Positions 1 to 8,180 of a DNA stretch of 43,368 bases are shown in pieces. Location of the stretch: the UHGV virus genome UHGV-1382693; one strand, written 5' to 3'. Below the pieces are notes generated by a model. The model saw only the letters and a list, made by a program, of their open reading frames with translations, did not search any database and was not told the origin of the DNA. This DNA comes from a virus. Made by a program: the position numbers and the translations under genes. Numbering within the stretch: the first letter of the stretch is position 1; each line of letters opens with the position of its first letter.

Positions 1-136
1 ACGGGTCCGATTCCCGTCAGCAGCTTTTTCTTAAAACCTTGTAGATACGTAAAAAACAACGTATTTGCAAGGTTTTTTCATGTTCTTGAATAGCACTTCC
101 TCCGTCTGTCACGGAGTAAGTAATTATAATATTTAG

Positions 137-164
137 GATATATGCAACACGATGCAACACGGAA
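137..164. repeat. attL: Putative attL core (ggatatATGCAACACGAtgcaacacgg)
   Basis: Sequence ATATGCAACACGA at 140-152 recurs at 43312-43324. Flanking bases match with one mismatch and a 2-nt indel. It lies immediately outside the integrase gene. Confidence 0.7.
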
Positions 165-178
165 AATATGCTATTCTA

Positions 179-1249
179 TCACATAATGAATTTTTCAAAG
201 TGTTTATTGATTTTTTTATTTTGCCGGACAGATTCCAGGTCAATCACATTTCTGTATACAGTTTTCATGATATTATCGCTGGCCCATCCTCCCCGCTGCA
301 ATATATATTGGTCTGGTACACCTATGGCGTGCATAATGGATGCAGCATAATGCCGGAGGTCGTGAAAGCGGAAATGCGGTACATCAATCTTTTTAAGCAC
401 CCGCCCAAATCTATGTGTGATATAATCCGGGTTCATATCAACCAGCTTTCCTTTTTTGCTAGATATCCGCTCAATTACAAATGCTGGCATTTCTACATCC
501 CGTGTGCTGTCATCCGTCTTTGGCTGCTTAATGTACCATTGATTGTCTGGCCCCTTTACCATATTGTCTCTTACGTGGATTATCCTTCCATCCACGTTTT
601 TATCAGTTAGGGCACTTATTTCTCCGCGCCTGAGTGGTCCAAAGGCTGCTAGTAAAACAGCTATTTCTAAATCAGTACCTTTGATTGTCTCCAGCAGCTT
701 TTTAATATCATTGTCATTGGGGCAATATAAGTCAGGACGTTTTTTCTGCGGCAGTTTAACTTTTAGAGTTAAATCCGGTGCAAACATCTCCAGGGATGCA
801 GATAATAGGCCATAGGCATTTCGGACTGTCTTTGGAGAGAGTTGTTTTGAAGCCAAATCACTTACCCATATCTGTACAGATGGATTAGTTAGTTCTGAGA
901 GCCGTTTACGCCCAAATGCTCCGCCGAAATACTGTCTTTGCATACCTGTGTACCCTCTAAGCGTGGAAGGGCTTAAAACGCCTTTCTTGACGTTTAAATA
1001 ACGTTCAATAGCTTGGTTCACTGTTATATCTTCGTCCTCGTCCTCATCCGGTTCATTGCATTGTTCTATGGGCTTATCTTTCATATCTAATTTCCATCGA
1101 GTAGCCATTTCCTTTGCTTCCTTGCGTGATGGAGCAACAAAGCTTTTGTAATGCCGCTTGCCTTTATCATCTGTATACAGATACACTTGCACTCGGACAT
1201 TTCCAGACGGCAGTACTCCTTTTTTCTTTTTCGGGGCTTTTGTGGTCAT
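179..1249 (-). CDS. int: Tyrosine recombinase / phage integrase
   Basis: C-terminal R...HxxR...Y catalytic region (HDLRHYAAS...GGWAS). N-terminal MTTKAPKKKKG..VQVYLY SAM-like arm. ATG at 1249 is preceded by GGAGG. The longer ORF in the track (to 1423) has no RBS. Confidence 0.9.
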   Translation of the reverse strand: MTTKAPKKKKGVLPSGNVRVQVYLYTDDKGKRHYKSFVAPSRKEAKEMATRWKLDMKDKPIEQCNEPDEDEDEDITVNQAIERYLNVKKGVLSPSTLRGYTGMQRQYFGGAFGRKRLSELTNPSVQIWVSDLASKQLSPKTVRNAYGLLSASLEMFAPDLTLKVKLPQKKRPDLYCPNDNDIKKLLETIKGTDLEIAVLLAAFGPLRRGEISALTDKNVDGRIIHVRDNMVKGPDNQWYIKQPKTDDSTRDVEMPAFVIERISSKKGKLVDMNPDYITHRFGRVLKKIDVPHFRFHDLRHYAASIMHAIGVPDQYILQRGGWASDNIMKTVYRNVIDLESVRQNKKINKHFEKFIM

Positions 1250-1412
1250 TTCTCTTTCCTCCTTAATTGATTTTCCTAAAAATAGGTATAAAAAATACAG
1301 CTCCGCAAATATCTTGCAAAGCCGCCCCGAAGATGGTACAATATAGGTGCGAATTATAGTGCATATCTTCGGGTATGTAGGCCGGTTCCTGTTGGCGCAG
1401 GGGCCGGTTTTT

Positions 1413-1940
1413 TTATATACCATGAAACATCTGTTGTACTTGGTCTAATGCATTGTTCATTTCTGCAACTGCATTTTTATATGCCATGTATCTCCAGTAA
1501 ATGATTAAAGCATAAATGGCTATCACCATAATTGTAAAAATTATTCTATCAGCCAAAGAACGCTTTTTATAACACCATAACAATGCAAGTCCAAAGGGAG
1601 CAAAACAAAAAAATGTGAGTAACCCTATAAAAATATTTTTTTTATAGAATGGGTCTTGGTTGGAATCATGTTCTATGATATCTAAATCAGGATATTTTTC
1701 TTGAATATAATCAATTGCTCTTTGTATTGGCTCGTTACTTTTTTTTGAGAATGTAAAGCGCTTGGTTTTTCCGTATTGAAAATAAAAATCTATGTATCCC
1801 CCTTCTGTGGTAGAACGAAATTCATATTCTATCTTTTCAATATCCTCATACTTTATCTTTGACTTATTTCCAAAGATATCTATGATATTAGCTTCATCTT
1901 TTCCGATGTAAAGTTTGGCCCAATCTCCTTTAATGCTCAT
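1413..1940 (-). CDS. Membrane protein with N-terminal PH-like domain, paralog A
   Basis: AAGGAG RBS. Its N-terminal 90 aa are paralogous to the next gene (MSIKG..K.LFIGK.E.NI..FG.K...KIEY.F...NEPI.RA.DYI...PDL). Two C-terminal TM helices. AT-rich. Confidence 0.7.
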   Translation of the reverse strand: MSIKGDWAKLYIGKDEANIIDIFGNKSKIKYEDIEKIEYEFRSTTEGGYIDFYFQYGKTKRFTFSKKSNEPIQRAIDYIQEKYPDLDIIEHDSNQDPFYKKNIFIGLLTFFCFAPFGLALLWCYKKRSLADRIIFTIMVIAIYALIIYWRYMAYKNAVAEMNNALDQVQQMFHGI

Positions 1941-1970
1941 GTTTTTGCTCCTTAAAACGTTATCACTATT

Positions 1971-2567
1971 CTATTTTCCAATCCATCTGTTTCCGCAATC
2001 ACGACAATAGTATTCATTATGCGCTTTCTTTTTTGTCCCGGTAAAAATCAAAGAGGTTCCAGCGGTAGCTATACCAAGTCCAATTTTTGCAGCAGATTTT
2101 TTCTCTTTTTTCTCCTCTTTTGTATTAAATACTGTTAGAGGATGCAAAGGATTCAAATTTACAGATGTTTTTTGTTTTATATGATAGTTGGCTTCGTTAG
2201 ACCATAAGTCCACATTATGGCTTTTACATTTAGGACATTTTAAACCTGATTTATTTTCTTTAGGAGTTTGAGCAAAAGCCTGTTCTTGCTGTTCTGTTTC
2301 AACCATAGGCAAATCAGGGCAATTTTCGGATATATAGTCTACAGCTCGTAAAATAGGTTCATTAGCTTTATATGCAAACTCAAACGTGGTTTTTTCATTA
2401 GTACGGCTTATAAAATTCATATAACCACATTTGATTTTGGTTGCAAAGCAATATTCAATTTTTTTCATATTAGAATATTGCAGTGTTGTTTTAGAACCAA
2501 AAAAGTTAAAAATATTTATTTCTTCTTTTCCAATAAATAATTCCTTAGTAGTTCCTTTAATACTCAT
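1971..2567 (-). CDS. PH-like-domain protein with C-terminal zinc ribbon and TM-like segment, paralog B
   Basis: Same N-terminal domain as 1413-1940. C-terminal CPKC...CRDCG zinc ribbon. GGAGG RBS before the second ATG (MSIKG). Confidence 0.7.
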   Translation of the reverse strand: MSIKGTTKELFIGKEEINIFNFFGSKTTLQYSNMKKIEYCFATKIKCGYMNFISRTNEKTTFEFAYKANEPILRAVDYISENCPDLPMVETEQQEQAFAQTPKENKSGLKCPKCKSHNVDLWSNEANYHIKQKTSVNLNPLHPLTVFNTKEEKKEKKSAAKIGLGIATAGTSLIFTGTKKKAHNEYYCRDCGNRWIGK

Positions 2568-2569
2568 AA

Positions 2570-2794
2570 TCATCCTCCAGAATGAGCATCAGACTCAATT
2601 TCCTGCACATCATCTTTTTGAAAATCATTTCCCTCTAAGTGCCTTATTACATGCCAGAATCGTTGTCTCTGTGATTCCGTGGTTGCATTTTTATCTAAAA
2701 ATATAGTAACGGTTCCATCCTCATTAGGCGTTACGGCCTCATGTATTTTTCCAGATGGAAAGCTAATCAATTGGACGTTGTAGTCAATCGACAT
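2570..2794 (-). CDS. Small protein co-transcribed downstream of the repressor (hypothetical)
   Basis: 74-aa ORF whose start overlaps the repressor stop. The segment RQRFWHVIRHLEG weakly recalls the ImmA HEXXH region but the motif is not intact. Confidence 0.5.
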   Translation of the reverse strand: MSIDYNVQLISFPSGKIHEAVTPNEDGTVTIFLDKNATTESQRQRFWHVIRHLEGNDFQKDDVQEIESDAHSGG

Positions 2795-3155
2795 TGCCTC
2801 GTTCCTTTCTTTTCAAAGCTAAAAGCATACTATGAACAGTTTCTAAATCTTCCGGCTCTGCATCTTTAGCAGCGTCAAATAATAATCTCAACTCCTTATT
2901 TTCAAAGATATCCTGGGCAATAGCGGCAGTTTCCTCATTGATGTAATATTTATTTCGTTCTTTTACCTCCTTATCATAAAAATCAGTTATTGGAATATTA
3001 AAGTAATCTGATATCTTTTTGACTCTTTCCATACTGGGTTTACTTGTTTCTATTTTGCATAAAGACCCCTTAGCAAACCCTAAAGCCTTTTCGGCTCCAG
3101 TGATAGTTACTCCCTTTTCCTTACATAATCTTTTGATATCTTGATAAGTAATCAC
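2784..3155 (-). CDS. CI-like repressor, XRE-family HTH
   Basis: N-terminal HTH_3 (KRLCKEKGVTITGAEKALGFAKGSLCKIE). Divergent from the cro-like gene. An operator-rich intergenic region lies upstream. Confidence 0.85.
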   Translation of the reverse strand: MITYQDIKRLCKEKGVTITGAEKALGFAKGSLCKIETSKPSMERVKKISDYFNIPITDFYDKEVKERNKYYINEETAAIAQDIFENKELRLLFDAAKDAEPEDLETVHSMLLALKRKERGNVD

Positions 3156-3175
3156 GTATATTCGTCCTTTCTAAT

Positions 3176-3345
3176 AAAAGTTGAAAAAAATACGCAAATA
3201 CTATTGACATATTGAAAATATAACGTATAATATAATTATGACGTTGAAAAAAATACGCAAAATCAATATGCCGTTGAAAATAGTATTTAGTTTGTTTGTG
3301 GTAATTCAAATTATAGAATATTTTCAACATAATGTCAATACATAA
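3176..3345. promoter_or_regulatory. Lysis/lysogeny switch region
   Basis: Rightward TTGACA(3204-3209)-16 nt-TATAAT(3226-3231). Leftward on the - strand, TTGACA(3338-3333)-17 nt-TATAAT(3315-3310). Five copies of the half-site GTTGAAAA(A/T)A at 3179, 3212, 3243, 3274 and, inverted, 3320. Confidence 0.6.
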
Positions 3346-3382
3346 TGCGTAATATTTTCAGCAGAAAGGAGGATGGATTTAT

Positions 3383-3565
3383 TTGATTTATAACAACGTC
3401 AAGGAAATCTGTGATAAAAGGAAGATTTCTATAACTAGAATGGAAAGTGAATTAGGTTTTTCCAGAGGAAGTATTTGTAAGTGGAACGATACGGACCCAG
3501 GAGTGAGTAAGGTAAAGAAAGTTGCAGATTATTTAAAAGTTAAAATTGACAAGCTTATTTCTTAG
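3383..3565 (+). CDS. Cro-like XRE HTH regulator
   Basis: 60-aa HTH (ISITRMESELGFSRGSICKW). TTG start with GGAGG 10 nt upstream. Divergent from the repressor. Confidence 0.8.
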   Translation: MIYNNVKEICDKRKISITRMESELGFSRGSICKWNDTDPGVSKVKKVADYLKVKIDKLIS

Positions 3566-3578
3566 AGTAGGAGGTTTA

Positions 3579-4331
3579 ATGGAAGAGATTATAAAAATCA
3601 ATTACGATGCTGAACAGCCGACCGTATCGGCAAGAGAGCTACATCGAACACTTGAAATCAAAGAAAGATTTAGTGTATGGGCTGATAGGCTTTTGAATTA
3701 CTTTGGAAGTGATGAAATGACCAGCGTACTTACGCCTACGGAGGTTCAAAACAACGGCGGTGTGCAGATTAGAGAGCTTCAAGACTATATTGTTTCTGTT
3801 GACACAGCAAAGCATATCTGCCTTATGAGCCGAACAGAAAAAGGCAAGCAATGTCGCCAGTACCTTATCGACTTGGAAAAGGCATGGAATACGCCAGAGC
3901 AAGTCATGGCAAGAGCCTTAAAAGTTGCAGGGCAGACCATCGACAAACTGAAAGGCGAAAACACCATTCTTATAGAAGATGTACAGCGCATGAAGCCGAA
4001 AGAGATATTTGCCGATGCTGTGGCAACTAGCCATACATCAATTCTTATTGGTGACTTGGCGAAGCTGATTAAACAAAACGGCGTAGACATCGGACAGAAA
4101 AGACTATTTTCTTGGTTGAGGGATAATGGCTATCTGATTAAACGGAATGGTTCTGAATGGAATATGCCAACACAACGAAGTATGGAGGCAGGATTGTTTG
4201 AGGTAAAGGAAAGTACAGTGAATAATCCTGATGGTTCCGTAAGAATAAACAAGACTACCAAAGTTACTGGAAAAGGTCAGCAGTATTTTATCAACAAGTT
4301 TTTAAGGAGGGAAAATGGAAGAAATCAGTAA
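3579..4331 (+). CDS. Phage antirepressor (ORF6N N-terminal domain + KilA-C C-terminal domain)
   Basis: ELHRTLEIKERFSVWADRLL...GGVQIRELQDYIVSVDTAKHICLMSRTEKGKQCRQYLIDLEKAW matches the ORF6N/AntA fold. C-terminal KilAC-like region. AGGAGG RBS before ATG 3579. Confidence 0.8.
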   Translation: MEEIIKINYDAEQPTVSARELHRTLEIKERFSVWADRLLNYFGSDEMTSVLTPTEVQNNGGVQIRELQDYIVSVDTAKHICLMSRTEKGKQCRQYLIDLEKAWNTPEQVMARALKVAGQTIDKLKGENTILIEDVQRMKPKEIFADAVATSHTSILIGDLAKLIKQNGVDIGQKRLFSWLRDNGYLIKRNGSEWNMPTQRSMEAGLFEVKESTVNNPDGSVRINKTTKVTGKGQQYFINKFLRRENGRNQ

Positions 4332-4458
4332 AGTATTAAAAAGTAATCCTGGGCTTCTTAACTTGTTTAAGGTTGCGATTACATGCAACAAAGCGCAGAT
4401 TGTAAAGGCTGTTAAATTTCTTGATGATTCCAGGCGCTCTAACAATCGTATTTCTTAA
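4315..4458 (+). CDS. Small hypothetical protein (47 aa)
   Basis: AGGAGG 4 nt upstream of the ATG. Not in the ORF track because it is shorter than 60 aa. Confidence 0.4.
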   Translation: MEEISKVLKSNPGLLNLFKVAITCNKAQIVKAVKFLDDSRRSNNRIS

Positions 4459-4470
4459 AGGAGGTGAAAG

Positions 4471-4716
4471 ATGATGAATGGACCAAAGTTTAGGTTGGTG
4501 AGCGATGGAAAACATACCTATTTTGAATTATGTGGAAAATCTATAGGGAAAGGTATTTCATCCGTTTCTTATGTTCATGAAGCAGGTAGGAATCCAGAAA
4601 TTGCCATTTCTTTTAACTTGAATGATTTTGAATTTTTGGAAGATGGGAAGGTTGATATGGTAACAAATACTCTGATTGGAGTAGAGCCGCCCGACAAGAC
4701 GGCTCTTAGGAATTAA
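4471..4716 (+). CDS. Hypothetical protein
   Basis: AAGGAGGTGA RBS. 81-aa ORF. Confidence 0.6.
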   Translation: MMNGPKFRLVSDGKHTYFELCGKSIGKGISSVSYVHEAGRNPEIAISFNLNDFEFLEDGKVDMVTNTLIGVEPPDKTALRN

Positions 4717-4800
4717 TTGGTTGCCTTTTCGTATCCGGCAGACGTTAATTCTATTGAAGCTATAACATCATTTCGGCAAATGATATATCCATATGATTCT

Positions 4801-4917
4801 AATTCATATAATTCTATCAGAGAAAGCAATATAAAAGTCAGAATCAAAAGATTTACGCTTCGTTTTATCAAATTCATTGGCCATTTTACGAAGAAGCAAC
4901 ATTGCATTTTCAGACAT
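4801..4917 (-). CDS. Small antisense ORF (38 aa), hypothetical
   Basis: AAAGGAGATAAT-ATG on the - strand. The alternative frames 4713-4907(-) and 4717-4983(+) look non-protein-like. Confidence 0.3.
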
Positions 4918-5008
4918 ATTATCTCCTTTATTATGTACTCGGCGCAGCAACGCCTGTACTTAAATTATAAAGGAGTTGGGTAGGAATGACAAGATTAAAG
5001 GAGGAATC

Positions 5009-6157
5009 ATGGAAGAAATAATAAAATCGTATAAAGGTTTTAATAAGGATATGACCTGCAAAAATAAACAATATGAAGTGGGAAAGGATTACGAGGAAGA
5101 TAAAGCCGTTGCTTGTGAGTGCGGAATGCATGCATGCGAATACCCACTTGATTGTTTTAAATATTATCCACCATCAAAATCTGTGTATTATGAGGTAGAG
5201 CAGAGTGGAGACATAAGCAGACACGATGATGATAGTAAAATTGCATCAACAAAGATGCACATTGGTGCGCAGTTGAGTATTGCTGGAATTGTAAATGCGG
5301 CCATCAAATATACCAAGGAAAAGATTGAAACAACTTGTATAGAATCTAAGGCAGCAACAGCCGGGGACTACGGAGCAGCAACAGCCGGGTACTACGGAGT
5401 AGCAACAGCCGGGGACTACGGAGCAGCAACAGCCGGGGACTACGGAGCAACAACAGCCGGGTACCACGGAGTAGCAACAGCCGGGGACTACGGAGCAGCA
5501 ACAGCCTGGGACTACGGAGCAACAACAGCCGGGTACCACGGAGTAGCAACAGCCGGGGACTACGGAGCAGCAACAGCCGGGGACAGCGGAGCAGCAACAG
5601 CCGGGGACAGCGGAGCAGCAACAGCCGGGGACTACGGAGCAGCAACAGCCGGGAACTACGGAGTAGCAACAGCCGGGGACTACGGAGCAGCAACAGCCGG
5701 GTACCACGGAGTAGCAACAGCCGGGGACAGCGGAGCAGCAACAGCCTGGGACTGCGGAGCAACAACAGCCGGGGACTACGGAGCAGCAACAGCCGGGAAC
5801 TACGGAGTAGCAACAGCCGGGGACTGCGGAGCAGCAACAGCCGGGTACCACGGAGTAGCAACAGCCGGGGACTACGGAGCAGCAACAGCCTGGGACTGCG
5901 GAGCAGCAACAGCCGGGGACTACGGAGCAGCAACAAGTCGGGGAAAATCATCAACAGGCGAAAATGGATTATCTGTTGCAAGAGGAAATAGGGTAAAAAC
6001 AAAAGGAGGGCTAGGTTCAATTTTGGTTATTGCAGAAGAAGAACAAAATAGCTATAAAATTTCCAGCTGGAAAGCGGTAGTTGTTGATGGAGTAAACATC
6101 AAAGCAGATACATGGTACACGCTTAAAGATGGAGAACTCATAGAAGCGGAAGATTAG
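5009..6157 (+). CDS. Early protein with Cys-containing N-terminal domain, ~24 x 8-aa A-T-A-G-x-x-G-A repeats and a C-terminal domain
   Basis: AAGGAGG RBS before MEEIIKSYKGF. CxC...C..P..CF motif. The repeat block is encoded by a 24-bp tandem array. Confidence 0.8.
   Translation: MEEIIKSYKGFNKDMTCKNKQYEVGKDYEEDKAVACECGMHACEYPLDCFKYYPPSKSVYYEVEQSGDISRHDDDSKIASTKMHIGAQLSIAGIVNAAIKYTKEKIETTCIESKAATAGDYGAATAGYYGVATAGDYGAATAGDYGATTAGYHGVATAGDYGAATAWDYGATTAGYHGVATAGDYGAATAGDSGAATAGDSGAATAGDYGAATAGNYGVATAGDYGAATAGYHGVATAGDSGAATAWDCGATTAGDYGAATAGNYGVATAGDCGAATAGYHGVATAGDYGAATAWDCGAATAGDYGAATSRGKSSTGENGLSVARGNRVKTKGGLGSILVIAEEEQNSYKISSWKAVVVDGVNIKADTWYTLKDGELIEAED
5351..5935. repeat. 24-bp tandem repeat array (gcagcaacagccggggactacgga, ~24 copies), in frame within the CDS
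   Basis: Near-perfect units. Variation is confined to codon 1 (A/T), codon 5 (D/Y/N/W), codon 6 (Y/S/H/C) and codon 8 (A/V). Both complementary frames are also open, as expected for repeats. Confidence 0.95.
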
Positions 6158-6286
6158 ATTTATAAAATGCCCCGGCGGTGCCACGAACACCAACCGGAGC
6201 CGTAACCACATTAACACAACTAATGCGGATACAGGAATATTTTACCATTTTCTCCTGTATTACGCAAGCACAGGAGGAAAATATTT

Positions 6287-6553
6287 ATGAACATTGAAAA
6301 CCAGAAGGACAAGCCAACATGGGAAAGGCTGGAGCAGTATTTTGCGGTAGAGGTAATCGAGCAGAGCAAGAGGAATGCAAAGCATTGGTTTATAGCGTTC
6401 TTGGTAACACTGGCGGCGCTGATAGGCACCAATGCTGCATGGCTTTATACCGCGGGTACATATGACTATGTTTCCCAGGATGGCACTGGACTGAACAACA
6501 TTAATACAGGAACACAAGGAGATTTAGACAATGGGACAGCGAGCCAGGATTAA
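6287..6553 (+). CDS. Small membrane protein (1 TM), hypothetical
   Basis: AGGAGG RBS. TM segment HWFIAFLVTLAALIGTNAAWLY. Confidence 0.6.
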   Translation: MNIENQKDKPTWERLEQYFAVEVIEQSKRNAKHWFIAFLVTLAALIGTNAAWLYTAGTYDYVSQDGTGLNNINTGTQGDLDNGTASQD

Positions 6554-6602
6554 GAAGAACGGCAAGAGCCGGGGAATCAAGAGAAAGAGGAGGAGATAGC
6601 CC

Positions 6603-6707
6603 ATGTATGTTAATCCATTTTTAGCGGGAGTTATCTGCACTATCTTTGGCGAGGTATTAATCATTATATTGGTTGCTATTTATCAGTATTTTAAAAGGAG
6701 GAAGTAA
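6603..6707 (+). CDS. 34-aa hydrophobic peptide, hypothetical
   Basis: GGAGGAG RBS. MYVNPFLAGVICTIFGEVLIIILVAIYQYFKRRK. Confidence 0.3.
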   Translation: MYVNPFLAGVICTIFGEVLIIILVAIYQYFKRRK

Positions 6708-6710
6708 AAC

Positions 6711-6938
6711 GTGAAATCTAAGAAGCCGTCAGAATGGCAAAAGGACAGTATCCGGCTACTGATAGAAGAAGCCAAAATAAGAAATAACTTTGATGATAAT
6801 GAGCTGGCCTTGTATTTGGGTTTTTGTACAAGCTCGTTTAGAGAGCGTAAAGCCAACCCTGAAAAACTGACAATAGAAAAATTACAGATACTTCTGCAAT
6901 TGACCGGAAAGGAGATGAAATTTGTTGAAACGGCTTGA
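6711..6938 (+). CDS. Small HTH-like DNA-binding protein
   Basis: GTG start with AGGAGG 9 nt upstream. Helix-turn-helix-like segment LALYLGFCTSSFRERK. Confidence 0.5.
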   Translation: MKSKKPSEWQKDSIRLLIEEAKIRNNFDDNELALYLGFCTSSFRERKANPEKLTIEKLQILLQLTGKEMKFVETA

Positions 6939-7230
6939 ATACATACCTGTTGGTAAAACACACTTAAGCCCGCGGCAGAAAGACCGGATGATTATTCGAG
7001 GCTTAACTGCTGCGGTGATGGTCTTAAGCGGATTGTTGGTGATATGTCTGGCGGTGATATTATGAGCCGCCGCCGGAATGGCACTAACCGGGCCGGAGCA
7101 ATGGTGAATGCCAGCCGGTAAACTGGATATGGTAAGCCAATAAAAAAGGTCGTCAGCTTGACAGAGCTAAACGACCGAATACAAAAAACAATTCAGTCTG
7201 ATTATATCAGAAATTATGGAGGTTTGCAAG

Positions 7231-7410
7231 ATGGAAGAAAGAACAGTTGAAATAAATATTAGCGAATATAAAAATCTTATAGAGCTTAAAGGGCGTGTAA
7301 AGTCAGCGTTGATTTTTATAGATGCGGACCAGTATGCATCTATAGCTGTGATGAGGTCAATTTTAGAAGGAAGAACATACGAGAATATAGAGGGTAAAAA
7401 GGATGAATAA
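7231..7410 (+). CDS. Hypothetical protein
   Basis: GGAGG 9 nt before the second ATG (MEERTVEIN). Confidence 0.5.
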   Translation: MEERTVEINISEYKNLIELKGRVKSALIFIDADQYASIAVMRSILEGRTYENIEGKKDE

Positions 7411-7594
7411 TTATCGTTGTGATTTTTGCGGCTGTTATCTTGACCCAGGAGAAGGGCATATATGTGATGAGTGCCAGAAACGGGAAACAGAACGCAGGGA
7501 TTGCAGGAGGTCTTTGCAGGATTCCATCCACTCAATGAATGGGTTTCAATATGAATTAAATTTAAAGGGAGGATATTTGTATGGAGAACATTAA
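7403..7594 (+). CDS. Small zinc-ribbon protein
   Basis: CDFCGC...CDEC pairs. Confidence 0.55.
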   Translation: MNNYRCDFCGCYLDPGEGHICDECQKRETERRDCRRSLQDSIHSMNGFQYELNLKGGYLYGEH

Positions 7595-8180
7595 GAATAG
7601 AACCGAGGAATTATTATTATCAACTGGCAGACAGGGCATTGATGGACTGCTGGTGGAAATGGATGAGATGGGATTTTATACAGCGCCATGCAGCACACAG
7701 TACCATCTGGCCTACTCTGGAGGACTGGCTGAACACAGCCTGAATGTATATGAACTGATGGACAAGCTTTCCAGCATCCTGCATCCAGAAGTAGATAAGA
7801 GCAGTGTCATCATATGTGCATTGCTTCATGACCTTGGTAAGGCTGGACAGTTTGGGAAACCGAACTATATTATCAACATGCTCAAGGGGCGCGGTAAGAA
7901 TGCAGAACCATATCAGTCCCCCACGAAACCTTATATCGGAAATCCAGAACTTCTGTACATTGACCATGAAGTACGTTCCATACAGATTGCAGGCCGTCAC
8001 ATTAATCTGACAGAGGAGGAGAACTGGGCAATACTGATGCACAATGGTATGTACGGCAACTTTAAATATCAGATACAGGGTAAGGAGACACCATTGTACC
8101 TGCTTTTACATATGGCTGACATGTGGGCCAGCCGGGTGACTGAAAAGGAGTGTGGAATGGATGGGGAATGCGAAGTTTGA
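7581..8180 (+). CDS. HD-domain phosphohydrolase
   Basis: H...HD motif (EHSLNV...ALLHDLGK). GGGAGG RBS. Confidence 0.8.
   Translation: MENIKNRTEELLLSTGRQGIDGLLVEMDEMGFYTAPCSTQYHLAYSGGLAEHSLNVYELMDKLSSILHPEVDKSSVIICALLHDLGKAGQFGKPNYIINMLKGRGKNAEPYQSPTKPYIGNPELLYIDHEVRSIQIAGRHINLTEEENWAILMHNGMYGNFKYQIQGKETPLYLLLHMADMWASRVTEKECGMDGECEV

Noticed and set aside
152-610. + strand ORF (152 aa) antisense to the integrase
   Set aside because: It begins inside the att core and runs antisense through the integrase with low-complexity sequence. It is most likely a frame artefact plus a split host gene start.
4679-4711. Hairpin AGAGCCG-cccgacaaga-CGGCTCT
   Set aside because: Lies inside the coding sequence of 4471-4716 and has no T-tract. 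Not called as a terminator.
5351-5935. Diversity-generating retroelement (DGR) or CRISPR-like array as explanation for the repeats
   Set aside because: No reverse transcriptase or template repeat is present and variation is not adenine-specific. The units are contiguous with no spacers, so this is not CRISPR.
5246-6020. Two long - strand ORFs (201 and 224 aa) across the tandem repeat
   Set aside because: Open frames on the complementary strand are an automatic consequence of a stop-free 24-bp repeat. The + strand gene has an RBS and proper flanking domains.
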